A stretch of DNA of 63,281 nucleotides, the filler included, from Sluysia triapertura (Eukaryota), in NCBI GenBank assembly GCA_046118255.1. It is 5 parts of 5 records of this genome, joined end to end, with 100 filler letters (N's around TTAATTAATTAA, not from the genome) between each part and the next. Parts side by side here need not be neighbours in the genome. Positions count along the whole stretch, not along the records: positions 50,836 to 63,281 come from JBJNIA010108424.1; 4 more parts are not named here. One strand, written 5' to 3'. The position numbers and the translations under genes are program-made. Below are positions 51,320-63,281 of this stretch, piece by piece. The notes under the pieces were generated by a model. The model saw nothing but the letters and a program-made list of their open reading frames with translations. It searched no databases and was not told the origin of the DNA. The first letter of the stretch is position 1. Each line of letters begins with the position of its first letter.

Positions 51320-54300
51320 ATGGCAAACATAGATTTACCAACTGTTCCATTAAAGGAAGTTAAGAGTGTTCAATTTGGTATTTTATCACCAGAAGAATTG
51401 GTAATTTGACTTATTTTTAATTTAAAATAATAATTGTGCTTATTTTTTTATTACTACTCTTTAAATCGATATTTCTAACATTTTAATTCTATTTTATTTT
51501 AATTTAATAAGTGTTACTAATGTTTCTTGTGTTTTAGAAAAAAATTTCAGTTGTTGATTCTTCTGGTATTATACATCCAGAAAAAACTCAAGATGGTAGA
51601 CCTAAGAAAAATGGTCTTATGGATCCACGACAGGGTCCTTCGGATAGATATAGTTTATGTCACAGTTGTGGTGGTAATATAACTGATTGTCCAGGTCATT
51701 TTGGTCATATTGAATTAGCTAAACCAGTTTTTCATATTGGATTTAAAGAAAAAATCTTAAAGGTTCTGAGATCAGTTTGTTACCATTGTAGTCGTTTATT
51801 GATCGACATAAATTCTGATGACGTTAAAGATATTTTGAAAAGAACAGAAAGTTCTCCAGGGAAACGATTTGAATTAATTTATGAATTATGTAAAAAGAAA
51901 AACAGTTGTGCTCCAACTCCCGTTACGGAAGGAGATAAAGAGGAAGATGGACAAAATCAACCTATAAGCGTTAGGATTGGATGTGGTTCTGTTCAGCCAA
52001 AATATAGGAAAAACGGTTTAGATTATTTTGTTACTTTTAAAAATGATGAAAATGAAGTTGACAATAAGCAACCACTAAGTGCTGAACGCGTACTAGAAAT
52101 TTTTAAAGAAATATCAGACGAAGAGTGTAGGGTTATGGGATTTGATCCTAGATTTTCGCATCCTGCAAATATGATAGTATCTTCTTTAGCTGTACCACCA
52201 TTAGCTGTAAGGCCTGCGATTGTTATGAGTAATGATGGAAAGTGTCATGATGACTTAACCCATAAATTAACAGAAATTGTAAAGGTGAATAATGATATAA
52301 AATCATCAGAGATTCATGGTGTTGCTCCAGCAATAATTCAAGAAAAGATTAGTAATCTACAGTATCATATTGCAACGTATGTTGATAATGATAGTCCATT
52401 TTTACCTACTGCTATTCAAAAATCTGGTAGACCTCTGAAAACACTTAAACAGCGATTAAAAGGCAAACATGGTCGTATAAGAGCTAACTTGATGGGTAAA
52501 CGAACGGATTATTCTGCCCGAACTGTTATTACTGCTGATCCAAATTTAAATCTGGATCAAGTTGGTGTTCCGAGAATGATAGCTCAAAATTTAACTTATC
52601 CTGAAAAAGTAACTCCATTTAATTTAGCTTATTTACAACAATTGGTAAATAATGGTTCGATGTATCCTGGTGCTTCATTTGTGATTAAAGAAAATGGTGA
52701 CAGAATTGATTTAAAACGAAGACCCGATACATCTGATGTAAAATTGCAGCATGGTTGGACTGTTGAGCGACACATGCTGAATGATGATTATGTAGTGTTT
52801 AATCGTCAGCCAACTTTGCATAAAATGAGTATGATGGGTCATCGAGTAAAAGTTTTACCATATTCAACTTTTCGATTGAATTTATCCGTAACAACTCCAT
52901 ATAATGCCGATTTTGACGGAGATGAAATGAATTTACATTTGCCACAATCTGAAGAAGCTCGAGCTGAAGTTAAAGAATTAGCTTGTGTAACTAAATTAGT
53001 TATTACTCCGCAATCCAATAAACCTGTCATGAGTATCGTCCAGGATACATTAACAGCTTCAAATAAAATGACTTTTCGAGACGTATTTTTAGATCGTGCT
53101 GAAATGATGCATCTTTTAATGCATTTACCAACTTGGAATGGTAAAATACCGAAACCTGCCATTTATAAACCAAAAAAGTTATGGTCTGGCAAACAATTAT
53201 TTTCATTGATTATTCCTGGTAGAGTTAATTGTATTCGGTATCACGCGACTCATAATGAAGCAGAAGATAAGGGTCCATATCGATGGATCACTCCTAGCGA
53301 TACCAAAGTTCTTATAGAAGATGGTGAGTTGATTTCTGGAATGCTATGTAAGAAGACGTTAGGTAGTAGTCCTGGGTCGTTAATTCACATTATTGCTTTG
53401 GAACAAACGCCCGAAGAAGTTGGAATGTTTTTTAATAATGTACAAACGGTAGTTAACAATTGGTTATTGTTAGAAGGTCATACTATCGGTATTGTCGATG
53501 CTTTATATGATTCTAAAACAAGAGAAAATATCAAAGCTACAATTGAGCAAGCTAAGTTAACAGTGTTCGAAACAATTGAAAAGGCTCACAATCTTGAGTT
53601 GCAGCCTACCACTGGTAATACGCTAAAACAAACATTTGAGGCTAGTGTAAACAAAAGTTTAAATGAAGCTCGTGATAAAACTGGTAGTTGCGCTCAAAAT
53701 TCTTTAACTAAGTATAACAATTTCAATCTTATGGTAAATTCAGGTGCAAAGGGTTCGAAGATTAACATTTCACAAGTTATTGCTTGTGTCGGACAACAGA
53801 ACGTAGAAGGTAAACGTATTCCTTTTGGTTTTCAGTCTCGAACTTTGCCTCACTTTATTAAGGATGATTATGGACCTGAGTCGAAAGGATTTGTAGAAAA
53901 TTCTTATTTAACAGGTTTGACACCAACTGAGTTTTTCTTTCACGCCATGGGAGGTCGTGAAGGTTTAATTGATACAGCAGTTAAAACTGCAGAAACTGGT
54001 TACATTCAGAGACGATTGATGAAAGCTATGGAATCGGTAAAAGTTGAAGCTGACGGAACAGTGCGTAATCAAATTGGACAAGTTATTCAGTTTCAGTACG
54101 GTGAAGATGGTTTGGATGGTGCATTTGTTGAATTCCAATCTCTGCCTACGTTCACACTAAATAATCATGATTTTGAGGCTAAATTTAGATTCGATATAAC
54201 AAATGAAGAAGAGTTGAGTAAGTATCTAAATGACGATATTGTTCGCAAAATTACCACCGAAACCGATACTATCTGTAAACTTGACTCGGAGTGGGAACAG

Positions 54301-57276
54301 CTGCTGAAGGATCGCGATGTTGCACGTTGTATTTTAAAGAAGCATGAAGAAGGAAAAGTTGTTTTGCCTTGTAACTTGCGTAGATTGATTTGGAATGCTC
54401 AAAAAATATTTAAAATTGATTTATTATCCAAGACTGATCTATCACCGGTTGAAGTAATTAAACAGATAAATTCTTTATGTGAATCTTTGATTTTATTGAG
54501 ACAAAATGATCCTATTAGTCGTGCAGTGAATGAAAATGGTACTTTATTGCTCAGAATTTTGATTCGAAGTGTTTTATGTTCACGAAAAGTAATTGAAGAG
54601 TACCGTTTGAATCAAAAAGCATTTGAATGGGTTGTTGGTGAAGTAAAGAACAGATTCTATCGATCAGTTGTGCATCACGGGGAAATGGTTGGAGCATTGG
54701 CTGCTGAAAGCTTGGGAGAACCTGCAACGCAAATGACTTTAAACACATTTCACTATGCTGGTGTATCATCTAAAAATGTTACATTGGGTGTTCCTCGATT
54801 GAAAGAAATTATAAATGTCAGTAAAAATCCAAAAACACCTTCGCTTATCATATACTTAACTGGATCTTATGCCCAAGATGCTGAAATGGCAAAATCCGTA
54901 GCTGCACGCTTGGAACATACTACGGTTCGGAAGATGGCAACAAAATGTGAGATTTATTACGATCCTGATCCGGAGAATTCTGTTGTAGAATCTGACAGAG
55001 AATGGGTGCAAACTTATTACGAAATGCCTGATTTTGATGTCGATAAGAAAAGCCCTTACGTTTTGCGTATAGTTTTAAGTAGAAAGAAAATGACAGAAAT
55101 GAAAATGACGTTGCAATCGGTGGCAGAAAAAATTACCGAATATTTTCATAATGATGTGCTTTGCCATATTTCTGACGACAATCTGCAATTGGTTTTGCGT
55201 ATTCGGGTATTAAATAAAGAAGATGAAAAGGATGAAGATAGGGCATCAGGTGTTGAAGACCGAAAGTACCTCGAATGTATTGAAGGATTAATATTAGATG
55301 AAATATCACTACAAGGTATTCCTCAGATAAGTAAAGTTTATATAAATAATCCGAAAACGAATGACAAACAACAAATTGAAGTTGACAGAAACGGTGGATT
55401 TGTACGTAAAACAGAATGGTTGCTTGAAACTGATGGTACGTGCTTACAAAAGGTACTGGCTGAGCGAGGTATTGATTCGGAAAGAACTGTTAGTAATCAC
55501 ATTACGGAAATATTTGAAACATTTGGTATTGAGGCTGCGCGTAAAGCTATTGAAAATGAAATGGATAATGTTATATCTTTTGATGGTAGTTACGTTAATT
55601 ATCGTCATTTGGCTTTATTGTGTGATGTGATGACTCATAAAGGCTTCCTTATGTCTATCGATCGTCATGGAATAAATCGACAGGAAACTGGAGCATTAGC
55701 TCGATCGTCGTTTGAAGAAACTGTTGATATCCTAATGGAAGCGGGAGCTCAGGCCGAAATTGATCCTATGAAAGGTGTTTCTGAATCCATAATGCTGGGT
55801 CAGTTAGCTAAAATAGGAACTGGTACAGTAGATATATTAATGGATTATGAAAAACTAAACGCTGCACAACCAATGCCTACAAGTACAGACGTCTACAATA
55901 ATATGTTTATGATTGGTGGGGCCACTCCGATGACAGCTGGATCTCCACAAATTAATGCTTGGTTATCCATGGGATCCCCTCTAAGTGATTCGGCTGCATC
56001 GAGTGGTTCATATAGTGCAGCATTTTCTCCAGCCAGTATAGAAATGGGAATGTCACCAGGTATCGGATATAGTCCTATGACTCATGGTTATAGTCCTAAA
56101 ACACCTGATTATGGATTTACTAAATTTTCTCCTAGTATGAATCCTACTAGTCCAATGAGTACAAGTCCAACGGGAAGTGGATATTCTCCAGCATCTAGTC
56201 CCGGATACAGTCCTGTATCGCCTGGTTATTCCCAGACTTCTCCGTCTTATTCGCCCACTTCACCTGGTTATTCACCAACGTCACCATCATATTCTCCAAC
56301 ATCACCGTCATACTCTCCGACGTCACCTGGCTATTCACCTACGTCTCCATCTTATTCTCCTACATCGCCTGGTTATTCACCAACATCACCATCTTATTCC
56401 CCTACTTCTCCATCCTATTCGCCTACTTCTCCATCATATTCTCCTACTTCCCCTGGATATTCACCAACATCACCATCTTATTCTCCTACTTCGCCATCTT
56501 ATTCTCCTACATCACCATCCTATTCACCTACATCACCAAATTATTCTCCAACTTCGCCATCATATTCACCAACATCTCCAGGATATTCTCCAACTTCACC
56601 GTCTTATTCTCCTACATCACCGTCATACTCACCAACATCACCTGGTTACTCTCCAACCTCACCATCTTATTCACCATCGTCACAACGCATTGGCTCATCT
56701 GGTATTGGTGGTTATTCTCCAACTTCACCTTCTTATTCGCCGACTTCATCTATCACACAAAACCAATCTGCAGCTGGCTACTCTCCAACTTCTCCGTCAT
56801 ATTCTGCAAACACTCCTTCCTATTCACCAACATCACCAAATTATTCTCCATCTTCACCAAACTACTCACCTTCATCACAAAATTATTCGCCATCTTCTCC
56901 CAATTATTCTCCCAGCAATTTGAATTATTCATCACCAAATTACTCCCCAACTTCTCCCAATTATTCACCTACATCACCAAGAACACTTGGTGCTTCATCA
57001 CCAGGTTATTCACCAACATCACCGCGTTATGGTTCATTGACATCGCCATCATACAGCATGTCAAGAAGTGCTACATCACCTATATACACTCCAAATTCTC
57101 CGGGTGGATTCTCTCCACATTCACCAACTCTGAGCATGGGTATGGGTGGAGCTTCAACACCGCAGTATTCAACGAACATGAGTTATTCACCAACGTCACC
57201 ATTATTTTCGCTAAATACACCTAATTATGCACCGTCAAATCAAAATTCAAGTTACAACACTCCAAGAAGTCCTTGA
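51320..57276 (+). CDS. POLR2A: DNA-directed RNA polymerase II largest subunit RPB1, 2 exons, about 1939 aa
   Basis: Exon 1 51320-51400 ([27 protein letters not shown]); phase-0 GT-AG intron 51401-51537 with branch-like TACTAAT at 51515-51521; exon 2 51538-57276. Contains Zn-binding CxxC/CPGHFGH, catalytic NADFDGD, bridge helix [23 protein letters not shown], trigger loop [11 protein letters not shown] and YSPTSPS heptads. Confidence 0.98.
56206..56688 (+). repeat. RPB1 CTD core: 23 contiguous heptads (21-bp coding repeat)
   Basis: Counted from the DNA: 13 YSPTSPS, 6 YSPTSPG, 1 YSPTSPN, plus [14 protein letters not shown] and YSPSSQR. Further interrupted or degenerate heptads run to about 57230. 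Confidence 0.95.
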
Positions 57277-57626
57277 ATGTTCCATAATTTATATTGAATA
57301 TATACAATTTATACGTTAAAACTGGTAATGTTTAACTATTTAACTTTGTCTTTCTTATAGTTTATGAACTTTGTTGCATTAATTCATAAAAATATTTTCA
57401 CGTTATAATTAGATTTTGCGTAAAATTTTAGACATTTTTATCTGTGTAATCAAATTATATGTTTATCGAATATGTGTTTAGTGAAATATATTCATTTAAG
57501 TTATTGTAAAAAAGCATTCAATAGTTTGGAACTTCTTTATTGATATGTTGGATTGGAACGAAAGTCTTGTCCGATAGAAAATAATATTAATTTAACCAAT
57601 AAAGAAAACATGTAAATTGAGGAATA

Positions 57627-57855
57627 TAAACAAAACGTCGTCAACTTTAACCAATGGTCGTCCACTTCTTGCTTTATCTTTAACGACGAAATTACGAGCA
57701 ATTATTTGCAAGCAATTTCTCGCAGGCACAGAACTGGTGCCAAGCACTGCGCATTCATTATATCTTTCAACAAAAGTACGTCAGCTTTTTCAAGTCGCTT
57801 CGCTTAAACCCCATCATATTCCACAAAGTGATATTTTTTAAATGACAGCTATCTG
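57627..57855 (-). mobile_element. mariner transposase N-terminal (HTH) relic
   Basis: Minus strand RNFVVKDKARSGRPLVKVDD matches mariner GNFxxxDxPRSGRPxxxD; upstream part is frameshifted. Confidence 0.65.
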
Positions 57856-59127
57856 AAACAATTATTTAATTATATGATAGAAATTAAACATTTAAAAAGA
57901 TTTAATAATGCATTTAAACTAAGCATTGAAATTTTTCAGATTTACAGACGATTGATGTTTTGTTTATATTTCCAATTTACTTTGTCTAAGTTTAATAAAT
58001 ATTATTTCTATCGGACAAAGTAACAAGGTAACCTCTCAAACTAAGCAAATGAAATGCTCAATAAATTTTAAAGCGTTCCACATGAGTAACTTATGTAAAT
58101 TAAATTTCAAATGCATTTAAAAACTAATAACGAAAATGGTTACCTAGTTTAGTAGGAAAAGAATGTATTGTAAGCGCGCGAAAGTCAACAAGGTTGATGA
58201 AAGATTAACTATTAAATTTGTTATATTTGTATCAACTATTGAAGCGGATATAAATATAGTTAGCTGTGGTCAAGATGAAATTCAAAGTAATAGAATGTAG
58301 GACAATATATTTTTATATATCAAGAAATTCAAAAGTAACGATTATTCGTGAAGTTTAGTTCAAAAATTGAATTTAGCAATAGAAAAAAATAGGGCCGTAA
58401 TATAGTGTAAATTATGTGTTTCGGTCAAACTAGTAAGTTTAAAAAGGATTTAAAATAATTAGTTAATTAATAAGTATTACAAAAAACTAATGTGTAGTAA
58501 TAATAAATATGTAGTATAATATATTTAAATAACGACGCACAATTAGCTCGCCCCGAATTTTTATAAAATATGAATTTTCTTAAACCATATTGTTTGTAAT
58601 AAAGCAACTTCATATGAAGATGATAATAATAATAGCGCAATAATTTATTAAATTAGTCGGCTTATCACCGACTAAAAAGGACGAACAGCTTTAATTTCCC
58701 AAATGATCGTAAAACTGCTATATAACCAGTCATATTTTTGCAGAAAGAACAGACAAAAAACAAGACACGAGTAGGGATGCTGCCTCAATTCATCTATGGA
58801 AAAGGTAAAGTTGAGGCTTATTCTTTAAGTGCATATAATATATTTTAATTAATAAGTCCGTCAACATTAATTTTATTTGAGTTGTGTCCTGGTAGTGATT
58901 TGTTAATATTAAAAGATTTATAATTTTGAATTCATAATTTATTTTATTGGTAAAATAGAGGTGTATTATAAAAGAATTTTCATTGTACAATACTGAATTT
59001 GTTTAATTATTGGGTTATAATTTGGTAAAGTTAAAAGTATAAAAGACACAAAATATACATGGAAATTATGAGCGACAGAATTTGATTCTCGAATAAATTA
59101 TTCATAACACAACAAACTCTGTCAAAC

Positions 59128-59760
59128 CATACCTTCATCGAAAGGTCTTTTCAAAACAAATACATGCACAGTTTCAAATTTAACATAGTATTTCGCATTC
59201 AAAAGTTATTCACAAAAACGTACTTTTCTTGATTAAGCTAATTAAGATTTTTAATTAATTAATCTACTTTTAGACTTAATCTTATTCTATGTTTAAAGGT
59301 TTTATTGAGGTTCTAAAGTTTTTTTAGTAGTTTATAAGTCATTCTATGTTTCCATTTTCTACTTCTTCATGTTAATTATTATTATGTTAAACTTATCTTT
59401 ATTATTTTGAACAAAGTTTTTATTTCTCAATCATTTTAAAGATTTTATAAACTTTATAATGTTACTAAAGGATCTCAAAAGCTTATTGATATTTCAAGAA
59501 TACTTAAAAGTTTATAAGGTCTTCAATGCTCTAAAGATTCTAAAGTTCAAAGGTACCTTAATGTTTCTAAAGGTTTTTCAAGTCCATCTCAAGCTTCCAC
59601 AATATTTCAAACTCTTATATAGGTCTTTGGAACCCCAAGGTATTCTTTAAATGTTTTTACTTTTATGATTCTTATTCCACTAATGTTTCCCATGTTCTCT
59701 CTTCATTTTATAACTCCACGTTTCTCGCTCATTTCCTGATACACAATTTTGAATCCCAAC
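59128..59760 (+). repeat. Dispersed repeat family A copy
   Basis: Near-identical blocks to 34480-35140; a further diverged copy lies at about 60990-61330. Confidence 0.85.
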
Positions 59761-62700
59761 ATTATGTCAATTTTAGCATTACCATAAAGTAAAATAATCT
59801 TATCATTAATAAACTTACAAATACAAAAAGATGGGATATTGTTTCCGAAATATAATGATAATTGTCAAATCCTATGCAATCGATAGTAACTCATATGGAA
59901 TTGATAATTATCAGGTCCTACTTGTTGAGTGTCTTGAGTAAAATTTACTCCTCATTATATACTACTTTGTTAAGTGCTTATTGTTTGCAAAAATAAATAA
60001 TAAATTTAAAATAATATATTTCTTATTTGTTTAATTGAATTTTACTTGTTTTGTAATTTATTTAATTGAAATTTGTTTATTCTGTAAATTGTTTAATTGT
60101 CTTTTAATTTTTTATTTATTTTAAAATTATTTTAATTATTGTTTATTTTTAATTAATTTTTAAAATTGCAGGAGATTGCAGAAACACTAATAACATAATA
60201 ACTAATAAGAAGCATAATAACATTCTTACAATACTAAATTAAAATTATAAATGTAAATTAAATATTATTTTTATTTTTGGCTAAAATTATATTAGAAAGA
60301 GCTATTTATTTATAACTGCAAAGGAATTCCCTTATTGCTGTGAACAAGTATTTTTAAGAAGTCCCTCATCTATTTATTTAAAATTATTTTGGGATTTCTC
60401 TGTCTGTTCAAATTATTTTTAAGGAGACACTAAAATTTAATAAATTACTTTTGAGAGACTTCATATTCAAATTGTTTTTGGCAGAAATTGGATTTTGATA
60501 AATTGCCAATTTAGTATTATTTAAATTTTAATTGTGAATAATTTTTTAACTTTCGGGGACCTCTGTTCATTTTTGAAGGAGATATTAAAATTTGATAAAT
60601 TATTAATCTATTACTATTTCGATAAATTTAAATTATAATCATTTTTTTATTTTTGGAAGACTCCCGTTCAAATTATTTTTAAAGAAATATAAAGTGTACG
60701 GTTTTATATTAGAGGTGACGATAAAATGTCAACACTTTATTTACTTGAGTGTTATAATTTAATTGTTTAATTTTTAATAATAATTTCTTGTTAATAATGA
60801 ATTTCATCTTTTTGTGATTCCTTGGTAATTGTTGTATTCAAATACATTTTCTTGTGTTGATTTGATAAGTGCTGTTTTTTAATATATACTCATAAAATTA
60901 TAGTTAAAAATAAGTTCGTTTTGGAATTAATATAGAAGGATTACGAGATTAAGAATTTTGAGGCAAAAATTCATTTTTAATATTAGTAACGATATTTCTC
61001 AAATATTTTTTCAAGATTACTTAAAAGTCTGAAAACGTTATCAAAGTTTCATATATCATTAAATGCTTTCAATACTCACAAGTTCAAGGGTACTTTAATG
61101 CTCCAAAATATTTACCAAGTAAATCTCAAGTTTCTTCAAGGATCTCAACAGCTTATAAGGTCTTTGGAATTCCAAGGTATTCTTCAGTTTTCAAAACGAA
61201 TATAGATATTTTCATCATTCTCATACCCACAATATTTCTTCATGCTTTGTGCATTATTTTATGCGAATTCATTCTGCACTTTTCAAGTCCATGTCTTTTT
61301 CACTCATCTTCTATTAACAGTTGGGTAATTCAACATAATGTAATGACGCATATGACGTATATGTGATGATGTAATCTGTTGTAATCTGTATATTTGTATT
61401 TATGTTATTAGACATTGATTTATTAATATTACTATTATCGAATTATGTATATCATTATTATATTCATTTATAACAATTGTTAATATTTTTTCGATTTTTA
61501 AAAAATTACTATATTTTAATAATATTTGTGGATTATTATAATTGATAATATTTGTGGAAAATAATTCTTTTTAAAGAATTAAATAACGTAAGTGCTTATT
61601 AATTTATAAAAATAATTTATTAATATTAATTAAAATAGTTCTAAATTATTTCATTTTAATAATTTTGTTTTAAATTACTTCAAGGCCACTACAAAATATA
61701 CATAAATACGCATGAAAGAAATTTTACAAATACACAATAAAATTTCAAAAAATTACAACAGCGTTTTGCTGATTTAGAACTTATAAGGAAAACTTCTCTC
61801 CTTTTGATATCATAATAGAATTACATTTTCAAGACACATCTCTTCTCAAGGAACACCTAACTGATTGAAATTTCTTTTTATTTAACAATTGAGTAATTTA
61901 TAACAAGTTAGTTTATTTTTGTAGGATTCGATACTTATAAGTATCTAACATAAAATCTACAAAAGTCTATTTTAAAGATATACGGAACATTTTAAAGGTT
62001 CCTATTTATTGTAGAACATTTATTGTAGAACAAAATATTAACTCTAGTAGTTAATTTACGCAACAATTATATTTCTTAATTATAATTATTTAATTCTTGT
62101 ATAATTTTTATTAATATACATTCGAGGAAAAAAGTCTTGTTATTTGTAAAATAAATAATTTACATAGTTTCAAAATCATAAAATCACGCGTGTATCAAAA
62201 GCTTTATCAGAATTTAATTCTGATCACGTAAAATCATTAATTACAAATCCTTTTATAGGATTTAGGAAAACTATTCCATAAACAATTATTTTTCAGTTAA
62301 TAAAAATACCTCCAGAATTTAACTTTTAATTGCAATATCCAACGGCTAGCCCTAACTGGTAAGCCTAATACGTTGGTGGACTCACGTTAAAATTCTACTT
62401 TATTCTATAAGGATCTTATTTACTTTTAAAATTCCCACAGAACTAAAATTGAACATAACAATTCATCATAAAACGTGTTGTAGACCTATTCAAGAATTTG
62501 TTAGTGTCATTACTTTAATTAACCATTAGTTTTTGTCCAATTCTATTAGTTGGTAATAGGTTCTTTAAAAACCATCATGTATACTTGCTGGAGATTAATT
62601 CTAATTGTTTTTGATTTAAATTGTATATGTAAAATTTCAATATTTAGTTTTTATTATTTTTATATGTTTTGTGCAATTTATAACGACATTAACAATTCTT

Positions 62701-63281
62701 TGCAATATTTATTATTTCAACATTTGTAATATTCTTCATTAATGATAATTTAAAATTCGAATATAATTTTCGAATATAAAATTCGATTTGAATGAAAAAT
62801 CTTTAAACGGAGGTTAAAATTTTATTTAATTAATTTATTTATTTAATACAAAAATTTTTATAAATGTCAAGTTTACGCTAAATCCTATTAAAAAGATTTG
62901 TAAATATGATCTTACGAATCCGACTAAAATTCGGAAAAACTTTATTCAAAATAATTTATGATTTTGCGATAGATTCATTAAATGAATCTTTTGTTACTAA
63001 TTGTCAAACTCAAAATAAATAACTAAGCTATATTAGGAAATTATATAAATTTCATACAAATGAAATATAATATAATATTACTATTTTTCGCTATTAACTG
63101 TCAAGTTAATAAAAATGTGTTATTGATTTTAAAAAATCAGTTTAAGTGATTCCAAAATTTTAAGAAAATGATTTTAAGTTTATTTTACACTGCGTAGTAT
63201 TAAAAAGTACAAGAAAACTTATTAAAAATAAACTAATGAAACAATTGTCAATGTTTGTCCCGAATGTAAAATTTCTTCCAA

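Noticed and set aside
56177-56968. His/Leu-rich 248-aa ORF and antisense ORF over the RPB1 3' end
   Set aside because: Alternative-frame readings of the CTD heptad repeat.
13240-57276. Functional clustering of the ZC3H4-like gene with RPB1
   Set aside because: They are about 32 kb apart across three gaps of unknown true size; no evidence of co-regulation, and chance linkage is sufficient.
51320-57276. Non-standard nuclear genetic code
   Set aside because: All four genes translate cleanly with the standard code and end in TAA or TGA.

Overview
Very AT-rich eukaryotic genomic scaffold in five contigs joined by four artificial 100-bp spacers (N44-TTAATTAATTAA-N44). The gene content points to an animal. 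The 33-nt introns and divergent proteins suggest a fast-evolving, reduced lineage such as an orthonectid, dicyemid or myxozoan (inference only). Four host genes can be rebuilt from splice sites and reading-frame phase. (1) The last two exons of an FBXO30/FBXO40-like F-box gene (+), split by a 6.7-kb intron full of transposon debris. (2) A 7-exon, about 1181-aa ZC3H4/ZC3H6/Su(s)-family CCCH zinc-finger transcription-termination factor (-). (3) An intronless CIA2/FAM96B Fe-S assembly gene (-). (4) RPB1/POLR2A (+, about 1939 aa, one intron, heptad CTD). The rest is decayed mobile DNA: Ty3/gypsy pieces and LTRs, L2/CR1-group and R2/NeSL-like LINE relics, hAT, Tigger and mariner relics, TTAA and hAT MITEs, a tRNA-derived SINE, a Polinton-type polymerase relic, and microsatellites. 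The strongest candidate for an undescribed system is the ZC3H4-like protein. It keeps motifs matching the ARS2-binding (EDGEI) and WDR82-binding (DPR) interfaces, and it carries a roughly 480-aa region with 28 Trp (16 in GW/WG context) that resembles an Argonaute-hook platform. This could couple small RNAs to Pol II early termination; it is a hypothesis, not shown by the sequence.
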